From: Phoronis australis
Taxonomy: Eukaryota > Animalia > Phoronida
DNA: 64,000 nucleotides
Assembly (NCBI GenBank): GCA_002633005.1
Contig: NMRA01000574.1
Span: forward strand, 31,030 to 95,029
Direction: 5' to 3'
Shown here: positions 1-11,172 of the stretch, piece by piece
Position numbering within the stretch: the stretch's first letter is position 1
Layout: each line of letters begins with the position of its first letter
Position numbers and translations under genes: made by a program
Notes under the pieces: generated by a model
The model's input: the letters and a program-made list of their open reading frames with translations, nothing else
Told to the model about the DNA's origin: nothing
Databases searched by the model: none

Positions 1-42
1 CATAAAGGTATGTATGATGGGCAGATAAATAAAGTTCTCAAG

Positions 43-315
43 GCATCCTCAAGGAAGGAAGGTCAAACCTTTTCACTGATTATTGACAGTGAGTACCTGC
101 AAGTAAACAGACAGTCAGTGGAGTTCCTTACACAGACTTGTGGCCTCTTCAAGGGGCCAAACCCTTTCACTGACTATCGAAAGTCAGTGGAGTGCCTTAC
201 AGACTTATGGCATCCTCAAGGAAGGGGGGGGCCAAACACTTTCACCAAGCCAGTGGAGTACTTAACAGAGTTGTGGCATCCTCAAGGAAGGGGGCTGTTA
301 AGTCAGTGGAATACC
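43..315. repeat. Degenerate minisatellite (~60-70 bp unit)
   Basis: Recurrent blocks 'cagtggagt..ctta.cagac/gtt.tggcatcctcaaggaagggg' appear about 4 times; they explain the repeated 'LWHPQGRG' in ORF 10..453. Confidence 0.7.
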
Positions 316-1256
316 AATACACAATATGGAGCACTCCAGCTCCAGCACTTCGAGGTCCTCTTGACCAAAATCGTCCATCACCCGAAAGGTGCGCACAGCC
401 TCATCTTCATCGTAGTGGGTATTGAGCCAAACTCACTTGCTGACTGCAAGTAGAATCGGTAGAAGCAGGACAGAAGAAGGATCTGGACCAAGAGCTAAAA
501 GCAGAGTCTGATGAGACAGAAATGCGAGACATGATGATATGTATATTATAGTAAACTGACAAATAGGAATGAAATTATAAGAAATGATGATGAAGAAAAT
601 AACAACTGGTTTGGTCCACAGCAATTTCCAACAAAGGTTTCCTGAAAGATATTGGCTAGGCTGAGATACATGAACAATCTAGACGAACCTCTAAATTATT
701 TTGTAAAAACTATATTCAGGGTAAAAAAAATATTGATTGCTTGTATAGTTTTTCATGGTAGTAAACATAAAGTTTTGGTCGAAAACACAGCACTGGAGTA
801 GAAATACACAGTTGTAATATTTGTTTACTCTAAAATTAAAATATTTTGATTTTCTATCTTGACATATGCTGGCTAAACTGTCTTGGCCAGTATGGGTGTG
901 GTCCTGTCTGGCAACAAGTCAGGTCTCAGTGGCCTGACCTACAAAAATGTGAGGCAAAAACAGGAAAAAGAATCTTAAACGAGAGAATCATTGTTCTCAC
1001 AACGAGAAATTACTTTTTGGGTCTCTTTTACATTTACTTTTCAGTAGGAAAAGTTGAAATGCTTCAATTTGGGAACCAAAAATTTGCCGCGATTCGAAGG
1101 AGCACCCCTAGCGACAGTACCCGGAACTACGAAGTGAGTCAGAAATACGCCCGATTGTCAGAAATCGACTAAGGGCCTTGATTCCTGAAGTATTATCCAA
1201 GAAAAAAGGCAAAAAAAAACCGGAGAACGTGTCCAACAGGAAAAACTGCAAGTATC

Positions 1257-1315
1257 GAAGACTCGAACTCATGACCTGGCGAATAGTGCGTGCGTGCGTT
1301 ACCACTACACAACCA
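1257..1315 (-). mobile_element. tRNA-derived SINE-like head (fragment)
   Basis: Minus strand reads ggttgtgtagtggtaac...gagttcgagtcttcg, i.e. A-box-like and B-box (GTTCGAGTC) motifs without a cloverleaf. Confidence 0.4.
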
Positions 1316-1701
1316 CGATTTAACTACTAATTTCATACTAAGAGACCTACTTGTTTATGGTCCACAGCGTTTGCACATGAAACCTACTTCTTTTTGTAAT
1401 GCTTATTACACGTTTTATATTTTGTGCCATCGATTCTTAACAAATTTGTCGTATTTAAAATAGTCTTCATATGCCAAAAAGACCAAATCCGTTTTTCGTG
1501 TTGGCAATAATGACGGGATTGCTTTCAAAATCATCTTAAGATAAGGTTTGGCAAAGAGAGTATTGCGAGTTTCTGAGTGATTCACTAAGGCTTCGATTAA
1601 AATTCACATCTTACCAGCAGCTTCTGTTTTTTCATCGTCACTCAGGTTCCATTTTCTTTAAAAAATGAAGTAAATTTTCTTCATTGCACAGTGGAGCAGA
1701 C

Positions 1702-1937
1702 NNNNNNNNNNNNNNNNNNNNNNNNNNNNNNNNNNNNNNNNNNNNNNNNNNNNNNNNNNNNNNNNNNNNNNNNNNNNNNNNNNNNNNNNNNNNNNNNNNN
1801 NNNNNNNNNNNNNNNNNNNNNNNNNNNNNNNNNNNNNNNNNNNNNNNNNNNNNNNNNNNNNNNNNNNNNNNNNNNNNNNNNNNNNNNNNNNNNNNNNNNN
1901 NNNNNNNNNNNNNNNNNNNNNNNNNNNNNNNNNNNNN
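1702..1937. other. Assembly gap (236 N)
   Basis: Run of N directly abutting the visible start of the 5' LTR. Confidence 1.
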
Positions 1938-2114
1938 GAACATTGAAGCCACGAGTCTCAGAGATGACTCACTTAGATTCTACAGTCAGTGTGGCAAAGG
2001 ACTCCGTAGTGTATAGACCTATTTACTAGTATTTCCGTATTATATGTAGCTATCATCTCTTCAACGAGCAATATATGTGTTATACCAATTTACTGTGTTA
2101 TCACCTACATAACA
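1938..2114 (+). repeat. 5' LTR (visible part; first ~40 bp lost in the gap)
   Basis: 177 bp aligns to 5232-5408 with 7 substitutions by manual count; ends in ...CA. Confidence 0.95.
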
Positions 2115-2116
2115 AT

Positions 2117-2129
2117 TGCCGACAAGGAT
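2117..2129 (+). promoter_or_regulatory. Primer-binding site, tRNA-Ser(GCT)-like
   Basis: TGCCGACAAGGAT, 2 nt after the LTR, matches 11/13 of TGGCGACGAGGAT, the complement of the metazoan tRNA-Ser(GCT) 3' end. Confidence 0.7.
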
Positions 2130-2145
2130 AAAGCAGAACTTCATA

Positions 2146-5120
2146 ATGGCTCAACATTTTCACGTGCCTGTACCGCCAACTTACTGGCCCACTGGACTGG
2201 ACACTCCATCTCTCAAGTTTGAACAGTTCCTTGAAATGCTAGAGGACTACTTCGTATTAACGTATGCTAACCAAAAGGAAGGCAACCACCTCTCGCATCA
2301 ACAAAAAATATGCTGTTTCAATCGTTTTTGGGACCTACGGCTATTGCCCAATTGGATGCACATCCAAATGGCAAAATGTACAAATCAGCCGATACTACAT
2401 ATACAGCATATGTGACGGTGACCAAGGAGGTTTTCGACCAACCAGTAAATCGGGTAAGGGCGCATTTCGATTTTGACAATAGATTTCAGTTACCGAATGA
2501 GTCTGTCTCCGAATTCCTGCAAGCACTGCGCTCACTACAGAGCGATTGTGACTTTAAGGGAAACCCGGATTACTTTGTGGCTATCCGGTTTGTTCAGGGA
2601 TTGTACAACAAAGAGGTTCAAACTCACATTCTTCACGAGAAGGGCATTGATTTTGCTCGTTTTATTGACATTGCCAAGAATGAGGAGAGTACCCAGCAAA
2701 CCTCCAAAGTATTAAGTGGACAGCATGGTGTTACTCATCCTCACGTGGCTGCAGTTACAAGAAGGCCCCACTCCCATATTGGCCACAAACCACAGCAGCA
2801 TCATCCGAGACAGCTCCCTAAACAAAAACATCCTACTCCACAAAGTAAAACCTCTTATCGCTATGGTTCCAAGGATCATCTGGCTAATAGCCGGGAGTGC
2901 CCAGCCATAAAAGCTACATGTCGTAACTGTCACAGAACTGGACGTTATGACTGCTGTTGTATGCAGAAAGGCTCCAGTGGTAAACAAATAAACACCATCA
3001 TTCGGGTTAATACCACAGCCCCTGGCAAGGATGATTTTACACATGATCTCCAATTAGTCACTCCTGCTGGTGTTTTGATTCATGTGTCCGCTGTTGTTGA
3101 CACCCAGTCTGACCTGACGTGTTCCCTACTGGCTTTATAATAAATCATTTAAAGCCTTGCTATTGAAACCCATGGATACTGAAGTCAACAATTTTGATGA
3201 TACTAGAATTAAAGGCATGCGAGGTCACTTTTCTACTATGGTGCATCAAGGAGATCGATCTGCTACACTCACAATCTACGTTACTCCCAACCAGATTTCT
3301 TGGACCATTTTGCTGAGATGTCCGAGCCACTACGTGCCCTCACACGAAACAATGTAAAGTTTGTGTGGTCTGCACAGTGCCAACAGGCATTTGACACACT
3401 AAAAGCCATGCCGTGTCAGAACTTGGAATTACACACCTTTTTGACCTTACATGCGACATCATCCTCTCCACTGACGCGTCTGATGTCAACCTTGGTGCTG
3501 TGCTGTCACAAATCCAAAACGGAAAGGAAGTGCCCATTCTGTTTGGCAGCAAAACGCTCGATGAGCGCCAGCGCTCCTACGCAGTAAATGAGCGTGAAGC
3601 TCTTGCCGTCGTTCACTTCTCGGAGTACTGAGAGAAGTTCTTGCTAGGACGACATTTCACAATTCGCACAGACCACTCAGCACTTACGTCAATGCTGAGT
3701 CAAACCGGCACAGGCAGAAAACGCGGTAAAGTCATCCATTGGAATGACCGCCTTGCCGCTTCCAATTATACCCTAGAGTACAGAAAAGGACAAGACAATG
3801 TTCCCGCTGACTATTTCAGTCGCTTAACTACAAAAATTGATGAGGTCACTGGGGTCAATGACCCCACCGTCAAAGCTATCATCACTACTGCGAGTAATGA
3901 CGGTTTTTCACTAGACGCCATTTGGTCTGCCTGCAACAAAGACCCCACTTACGAACTGCTCACAAGTTACGTACGCAATGGATGGCCTTCCAGAACAAAC
4001 CTGTCTCCGGCTCTACAACGTTTCTACCAAGTTCGTAGCGAACTGTCTCTAGAAGATGGTTACTTGGTACGGGACAGCTCTGACACCCCTGCTATTACAC
4101 GCGTTGTCGTACCTACAAGCCTCCGGCAGAAAATCCTACAGATGGCACATGTAGGCCACCCCGGCATTTGCCGGATGAAACACAAACTATGTGAAGCATA
4201 CTAGTGGCCTGGGATGGATAAAGAGGTGGAACATTCAGTGCTGCGTGCCAGGATTCAAATAACTCTGCTCCAGCATACCACGTACCCTCGACTGCCATAC
4301 CACCGCCAACCCAGCCCTGGAAAAAGATCGGCATCGACATCACTGGACCTTTTGCCACTGCACCTGCGAACAAACGTTCCATACTAGCTGCCATCGACTA
4401 CCATTCGTCATTCCCTTCACTCTCAGCACGGGCGATATTACCACTGCTACCGTTATCCGCTGGCTGCGCAATCTTCTTTCAACCTTTGGCAACCCGGACA
4501 TACTTGTATCTGACCATGGCCCATAGTTCACGAGCTACGATTTTGAGGTGTTCCTACGCAACGGAGACATTTTCCACGAGGACATTGCAGTCTATCACAC
4601 ACAGCAAAATGGCAAAATTGAAGTTTTCAACTGTTACTTAAAGAATGGCATACAAATCAAGAGTGACGACATTCCGTGGGACCAACACCTAGAGAATTTA
4701 CTGGTTCATTTTCAGGCTACATGTGCTTCGCCGCCGACTGACAATAGCCCAGCTGAACGCTTCTTTAACTGCAAATTTCGACTTGCCTACGAAGTCGTTT
4801 GGACCCCTCATGGAGGGGAGCGCATTCCAGTCTTCTCTGAGGAGAAGCGCGAGTCCGCTCGCCCAAAACCTACACCAGTGACACACAGAGGACCCTACAA
4901 AACTGGCGATTCCGTACGCATGAAGAAACCGCATACTCCCAAGGGATCGTCACCATGGTCAACGCCTCTCAAAGTTGTCGACTGCATTGGCAACTGGACG
5001 TATCGCCTTTCAGATAGTCAGCTCTGGAATGCCCGCCACATGCGAAAGGTTTTCGAGGAGGCACTCGCTACGTGCTACAACTTTGCATGTTACCATGACC
5101 ATTGTGACGTGCCCCGGTGA
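2146..5120 (+). pseudogene. Disrupted gag-pol of the Gypsy element
   Basis: Fragments are spread over ORFs 2116..2415, 2310..3140, 3157..3357, 3300..3587, 3413..3631, 3641..4204 and 4548..5120; likely start ATG at 2146 (MAQHF...). Confidence 0.9.
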
Positions 5121-5176
5121 TTGTCCCGCCCCAACAGAGGACTGCTACCAACTCGATTTCTGCACTAACATTTGAT

Positions 5177-5189
5177 GAGTGGGGGGAGG
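5177..5189 (+). promoter_or_regulatory. Polypurine tract
   Basis: gagtggggggagg immediately before the 3' LTR. Confidence 0.8.
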
Positions 5190-5408
5190 TTGGTGTGCCG
5201 ACCACACGCCATTAGAAGGTGTGCCAACCACGAACATTGAAGTCACGAGTCTCAGAGATGACTCATTTAGATTCTACAGTCAGTGTGGCAAAGGACTCCG
5301 TAGTGTATAGTCCTATTTACTAGTATTTCCGTATTATATGTGGCTATTATCTCTTCAACGAGCAATATATGTGTTATACCAATTTACTGCGTTATCACCT
5401 ACATCACA
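5190..5408 (+). repeat. 3' LTR (~218 bp)
   Basis: Direct repeat of 1938-2114; begins just after the PPT (exact first base +/-2) and ends ...catcaCA. Confidence 0.92.
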
Positions 5409-7458
5409 AAGACCACACAAATCAACTAAATAGTGCTTACAGATACTCTAGACAACATAAAAACGTATTGCATTCGTTATTAATTCAGCTCCAATAGAAA
5501 TAAATTGTTATGTGTATTACACCCAACTTCGATGTGCATAGACGTTTTCAATGAGGTTGTGTACGTAAAACGCTAAGAACCCAGCATCAGTTATCTCCCT
5601 GTATTTTATTGCTTTGGCCTTACAAAACTTGATCGACCATGGGAAACTTCAACGCTTGATGTCGCGGGACAGCGCAGAAGCGGAAGTAAGATCGTTCACG
5701 ACTTTAGGGCACTCACGACTTTAGGACCTCTGACGGTACCAGTTAGGCAACAATTAGTCGTAGCCCCCTGGACAGTGGGAGCCTCCTTTGGCCGGTTAGG
5801 GGCTACAATACTTCCCATCGCTTTCTGTATGAATTTCGTCCCGTGTATTTTAAATGGGCGGTAGGCCAAATCCGGTCACCAATCACGAGTTTTCACCTCA
5901 TCAAAATCACATTCCACACTATCACTTAAAAAACGCTTACTTTCTTTAGTGATCCTTTCTACCTCTACACATATCTTCAATGAAGATAAGTTACGAGAAC
6001 TAAGGTGACTTTGACGAAGAATTCCAGCTCCACTTTTTTGGTCACCGTTGCCTTTTTCACCACGCGCGTGATAACCACAAAGTATTTCAACTGAGTGGGT
6101 GGTAACAAGTTTGGTTACTGACCAGGTGGACTTCTCGTTTGCCCCTGTGTCAGATTCCTGTACGTACAACTTCACGACAGGGTTAGCTTGAGTACACCCA
6201 GTGCATGATCTGGTGAACACTCAAGTAAAACTATCTGCGTTTGGACTAGTGAATAATGTTGGTGGTTATTCTAGAAATTTGGAACAATGAAATTGATTTG
6301 ATTATCGTCAAGTTGCCGGTGTGAACCCATCTATGAAAATCCTATACCCTTATCAGCAGGCTTAAATGGTAGCTGACTAGAACAAATTTCTGGGTTTGTG
6401 ATGTTTTTAGAATATTTTGCTATTGTCTAAATTGTCAATAATTTCGTTATTCTCCTTTATTCTTAAACTTTCAGAATTGCCCAATACACTTCTAACATCT
6501 GAATCACCTGTCTGGCGATTAGAATCTCAATTCTTCTTGTCAAGCTTGTGACGATATAAACAGTGTTTACATTAGCCATCAATGGGACTCCAGTGCTCTC
6601 AATATGAGTAGCGTTTGTGAGGTGAAAGTGGAGACAACAAAGTTAACATTATTGAACTAGAAGTACTTGTTCCAGTTATGTGTAATGTATCCCTGTGTTC
6701 GCTCCATCCAGCTGTATGAGTGTTTCAGAAACAGTGGGGCTTGAGGGTGAAGTGTGAAACTGTGCATGGAGTGCCGTTTTCTTGTTCAGATTCACTTTTC
6801 AAGTGATAAATTCCTCCAAATCTCACGAGGGGTAGTTTAGGTAAAGGAGATAAAGAGGGCTTGGAATTTTCTTCTTTTAAGAGGATTTCTTCTTTTTTGG
6901 TTCCGATTTCCTCTTATCTGATTTCTAGTTCCCTTTTCTTCATCTCTTTTTTATCATTTTCGTGAAAAAATGTTTACTTCAGTTAAATTTTACAACACAA
7001 AAATATTTCTATCACACAAGCTTATTTATTTGTGGAACGATGCATCATCTGGAAAATTTTCTTTTTTTGCCATTGGTCATTCCAAGCCCAGGATGTAATT
7101 GTCAAAGACTTGTAGTTACCTTTTTACTGAGCAATGACCTATACAAAACTCACACAACAAAACAAGATAATTATCCTTTGCCATGTTCGACGTTGGTTAT
7201 CTCTATGCAACTAAGTGCATCAAACCACAGGCACATGAATATGTCTGAGATAGAAAATGGCTGCATGCCCACCACGTTTTCCCACCGAATTGTTATGTCC
7301 TACTGTATGGGTTATTACCAAAGAACTAGCTGTGATTTAGACCTGTATTGGAGGATAGTTTCCTGTCCTTTAGACTGAAAATAACGTCCGCGGTTAGGGA
7401 TTTTTATGTAACGGAATTTTCCATCATGTGTTTGATTTCCATTTTGTTTTTGTGTTAA

Positions 7459-9665
7459 GATGGTGATGCTGTCAGCGAGGAAGAATTGTCTGGAGATGAT
7501 GAGAATGGCGACGGGGACAAGACAGGTGTTGGTAAAAGGGAAAAGAAGAATAAGAAGGCAAAAAGTGTGGAAAGCATAAGGTGAACCAATGGTTTTAACT
7601 GAACTTGTCTTGTTGGTGTATTTGGAAGGTAGTGGAAGGGCTGTAGAGAGTGGCCACAAACTTCTCAGGAGCAGCTGTACTCAATAGAACTGGAGCATAT
7701 TAATTTGCTGCTATTAGAAATGTATGATAATAGTGGGGGTTTGGTGGCGGTCTAGCAATAACACTTGTGTTTCAATCCGTTTTCATTTATTGTCGAACAT
7801 ACTTCGATTCTCTACAAAATCAAGGAAAGTGTGTAAATATTATGCACGCTAGCAAGTGGTCACAAGAACTTGTACTATAACTAAGTTTAGAATCTTATTG
7901 GAATCCTTAATGGAAGGTGAGGAATGTTGGGAGACCAACTTTATGAGAGTATTATGTCCAATTCAATTTACGTTCTTCAGCCAACTTTAGAACAGGGTGA
8001 GATGCAGCTTTAAGTCATAACTAACTGTCAGTTGTCATCTTCCCTGGTCCAGAAATCACTTTGATATAAGAAAGGCCACAGTTGACCAGTTATCACAATT
8101 GTTGACTTAAATCAAAAGTTAGCTGCTTTGACAGATGGCGGGTTTTGTAGCAGCTTTTTGTTTCATGCACCCAGAATGGTTGCCTTCAGCTGACATTACT
8201 GGTATTAAGTGAAAAGTGACTTAAGATGGCGCTATTTGCATCATTTCAGGAAAAGGAAAGGTTTACTTATGCTAGAGGAGAAGGAGGACAATGTAGACAA
8301 TGAGGCTGCTGAGGGCGAAGCCTCAGATAGGACGAACGGTGATAATGAGGCTGAAATTAGCTTGGACACTCAGGTGAAACTCGAGAAACAGGCGAAACAA
8401 GCTGAAAAAGAAAAACAAAAAACAGACGATTTGTGGGCAAACTTTTTGAAAGACGTTGGAGCTCCAGTAAAACCCAAACCTGTCTCATCCTGTTCTGCAT
8501 TAGGAGCGCATAGTGTTGTCAGTAAATCATCGGCCACGACTGAGTCTCCAGAGGCTACTAAGCNGATGGTGATGCTGTCAGCGAGGAAGAATTGTCTGGA
8601 GATGATGAGAATGGCGACGGGGACAAGACAGGTGTTGGTAAAAGGGAAAAGAAGAATAAGAAGGCAAAAAGTGTGGAAAGCATAAGGTGAACCAATGGTT
8701 TTAACTGAACTTGTCTTGTTGGTGTATTTGGAAGGTAGTGGAAGGGCTGTAGAGAGTGGCCACAAACTTCTCAGGAGCAGCTGTACTCAATAGAACTGGA
8801 GCATATTAATTTGCTGCTATTAGAAATGTATGATAATAGTGGGGGTTTGGTGGCGGTCTAGCAATAACACTTGTTTCAATCCATTTTCATTTATTGTCGA
8901 ACATACTTCGATTTTCTACAAAATAAAGGAAAAGTCTGTAAATATTATGCACGCTAGCAAGTGGTTACAAGAACTTGTACTATAACTAAGTTTAGAATCT
9001 TATTGGAATCCTTAATGGAATCCTATCACGGTGAGGAATGTTATGAGACCAACTTTATGAGAGTATAATGTCGAAATCAATTTACATTCTTCAGCCAACT
9101 TTAGAACAGGGTGAGATGCAGCTTTAAGTCATAACTAACTGTCAGTTGTCATCTTCCCAGGTCCAGAAATCACTTTGATTCAAGAAAGGCCACAGTTGAC
9201 CAGTTGACTTAAATCAAAAGTTAGCTGCTTTGACAGATGGCGGGTTTTGTAGCAGCTTTTAGTTTCATGCACCCAGAATGGTTGCCTTCAGCTGACATTG
9301 CTGATATTAAGTGAAAACTGACTTAAGATGGCGCTATTTGCATCATTTCAGGAAAAGGAAAGGTTTACTTATGCTAGAGGAGAAGGACAACAATGTAGAC
9401 AATGAGCCTGCTGAGGGCGAAGCCTCAGATAGGACGAACGGTGATAATGAGGCTGAAATTAGCTTGGACGCTCAGGTGAAACTCGAGAAACAGGCGAAAC
9501 AAGCTGAAAAAGAAAAACAAAAAACAGACGATTTGTGGGCAAACTTTTTGAAAGACGTTGGAGCTCCAGTAAAACCCAAACATGTCTCATCCTGTTCTGC
9601 ATTAGGAGCGCATAGTGTTGTCAGTAAATCATCGGCCACGACTGAGTCTCCAGAGGCTACTAAGC
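7459..9665. repeat. 1.1-kb direct duplication joined by a single N (probably uncollapsed haplotypes)
   Basis: 7459-8563 is nearly identical to 8565-9665 with N at 8564. The first copy stops mid-exon and the second starts 1 nt before an exon. Confidence 0.9.
7460..7580 (+). CDS. CFDP1: CFDP1/BCNT exon 2 (acidic/basic N-terminal region)
   Basis: ttaag| acceptor and |gtgaac donor; phase 1 to 2; reads DGDAVSEEELSGDDENGDGDKTGVGKREKKNKKAKSVESIR and joins in frame to the next exon. A second copy lies at 8566-8686. Confidence 0.8.
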
Positions 9666-9747
9666 GTTCAACAGAGAAACAGGTTGAGACAAAGAGCCAG
9701 AAGGTTACCATTACGAAAGTGTTTGATTTTGCTGGAGAGGAAGTCAA
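9352..9747 (+). CDS. CFDP1: CFDP1/BCNT exon 3
   Basis: tttcag| ... |gtgagt; encodes KRKGLLMLEE...KTDDLWANFLKDVG...KVTITKVFDFAGEEVK, matching the CFDP1 motifs DELWASFLNDVG and KITKVFDFAGEEV. A partial copy lies at 8250-8563. Confidence 0.95.
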
Positions 9748-9939
9748 GTGAGTAATATTTTGATTTCAATAGAATTCTTATAGTCACTTTTTTGTTCTCT
9801 GTGTGCTGAAATCATTCTTTAATTTCGAAAGGGTAGCGCTTAATTTTGAGAGATGTGGTTACAGTGAATATTTAACTTAATTTGCATTAATTTTACGTAT
9901 TATTTTGTGCTCAGTGATTTAGTAAAGGATAATGAATTA

Positions 9940-10517
9940 TCCCATACGCATTGAATCTGTCGAGTGCAATACGGCTATGTAATAATGTTTCCCGTATTCA
10001 CCTCCCGCACTACTTCAACAGTGACCCCTGACATGGAAAGTGCAAAAGGTAGGTCAATGTCGACTCGGCGTCTTTAGCTGGTTCGATCATCAAACTTTCC
10101 GGATACAGTTGCACCAGTATAAATAACACTCAACATGCAATCAGGCCCTAAACGTAACATCTGGTACAAAACTGTTAATTATATGACACTTCTGTCTCTG
10201 TTTTCAATTGTTAAATATTATATCGCCTGCAACTCAGGTGTCGATTCCTCGGTAACTGCAATATCAGATGTTGTTATTTAACTATTTTCAGGAGTTTTAC
10301 AAGTTCAATGCACAATTACCGTTGTTTTCATCTTCGTTATCTCTTTTCAAGTAATAAAGCGTTACATTTAAAACTTTTTTTTTGCTACAGAAAACTTGCA
10401 ACCTTACGCACAAGTACATACATATACGATGTAATCTGCCACGTGAAAAGTCCGAGTGAAGTACTTAAAATCTGCCAAAAAAAATGAAAGAAACTTAGGA
10501 ATTCGAAGCGTATGGGA
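9940..10517. mobile_element. Non-autonomous TIR element (MITE) flanked by TA
   Basis: TA|TCCCATACGCATTGAAT ... ATTCGAAGCGTATGGGA|TA: ~17-bp inverted ends and a TA duplication. Confidence 0.65.
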
Positions 10518-10658
10518 TAAATACAAAACTTACCTCGATTGACGTACATGAAGTGATATCTTACTCGACATTATTCCTCGTACTCGGTCGATACGCGAAA
10601 TAATGTCTCGTGGGATATTACTTCATGTACGCCACTCTCCGTACGTTTTGTGTATTTA
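10518..10658. mobile_element. Foldback (palindromic) mini-element
   Basis: Arms taaatacaaaac..cgtacatgaagtgatatc..gacattatt and aataatgtc..gatattacttcatgtacg..gttttgtgtattta are reverse complements. Confidence 0.75.
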
Positions 10659-11070
10659 TTTTTTAGCAAGTGATTTGCAGGTGTCTTAAAAATTTATAAT
10701 TTCCACGAATGCTAACTTAGTTGCTTGTCATGACGGGCTCCTTTAAATCGCCAAGGCAGTTTGGCAATCAGAGGAGTTCTAGGCGATGTGTTTTAACCAA
10801 ATTCACTTCAAACAAAGGATTTAAACACAACGACATTGCTTTGGGATGGTGAATATGTCTAAAGGATGAGCATGATTCATAATAGCTTTCAAGGTGTACT
10901 TTAATGCAAGCCCTTTAGTGTTGGGCATTGAAAGGTTTTTTACTGTAACTGGATACTGTTCTGTGACCCACAGATTGATGTGAACTGATTGCTACGGTTT
11001 GATAGTAGTTAGAGTGGGAAAGCATTGGCTGTGTCATCTACTGCAAATTGTAATATTGGTTGTGCTGTAG

Positions 11071-11172
11071 AGTGACAAAAGAGGTGGATGCCAACTCGAG
11101 GGAGGCAAAACAAGCTCAAGCTGAGCAGGAAAAGGAAGTCACGGCACCCACGTCGCAGTCTGTCAGTTTGGG
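11071..11172 (+). CDS. CFDP1: CFDP1/BCNT exon 4
   Basis: ctgtag| ... |gtaagt; phase 2 to 2; (K)VTKEVDANSREAKQAQAEQEKEVTAPTSQSVSLG resembles vertebrate VTKEVDATSKEAK. Too short for the ORF track. Confidence 0.92.

Larger units (their letters stand above)
1938..5408 (+). mobile_element. Decayed Ty3/Gypsy LTR retrotransposon with the RT core deleted
   Basis: Paired LTRs, PBS and PPT. Gag has two degenerate zinc knuckles (SYRYGSKDH..ECPA..CRNCHRTGRYDCCC), followed by protease-like VVDTQSD, RNase H (TDASDVNLGAVLSQ, EREALAVV, IRTDH) and integrase (HVGHPG, WPGMDKEVE, IDITGPF, SDHGP). Domain order PR-(RT)-RH-IN is Gypsy-type. Many stops and frameshifts. Confidence 0.95.

Noticed and set aside
10-453. 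147-aa ORF as a gene
   Set aside because: Mostly a degenerate minisatellite with no recognisable domain. Coding-looking stretches at 330-530 could not be assigned.
1938-5408. Retroelement domain exonised into CFDP1, as in ruminant p97Bcnt
   Set aside because: The element is full of stops and frameshifts, and no splice-compatible intact domain is evident.
5659-5691. ATG TCG CGG GAC AGC GCA GAA GCG GAA|gtaaga as CFDP1 exon 1
   Set aside because: The phase-0 donor is incompatible with the phase-1 start of exon 2, and the DEDY motif is missing.
7459-9665. Genuine CFDP1 exon 2-3 duplication (analogous to ruminant Bcnt duplicates)
   Set aside because: The breakpoint is a single N, the first copy ends mid-exon without a donor, the second lacks its acceptor, and the same pattern occurs at two other N sites.
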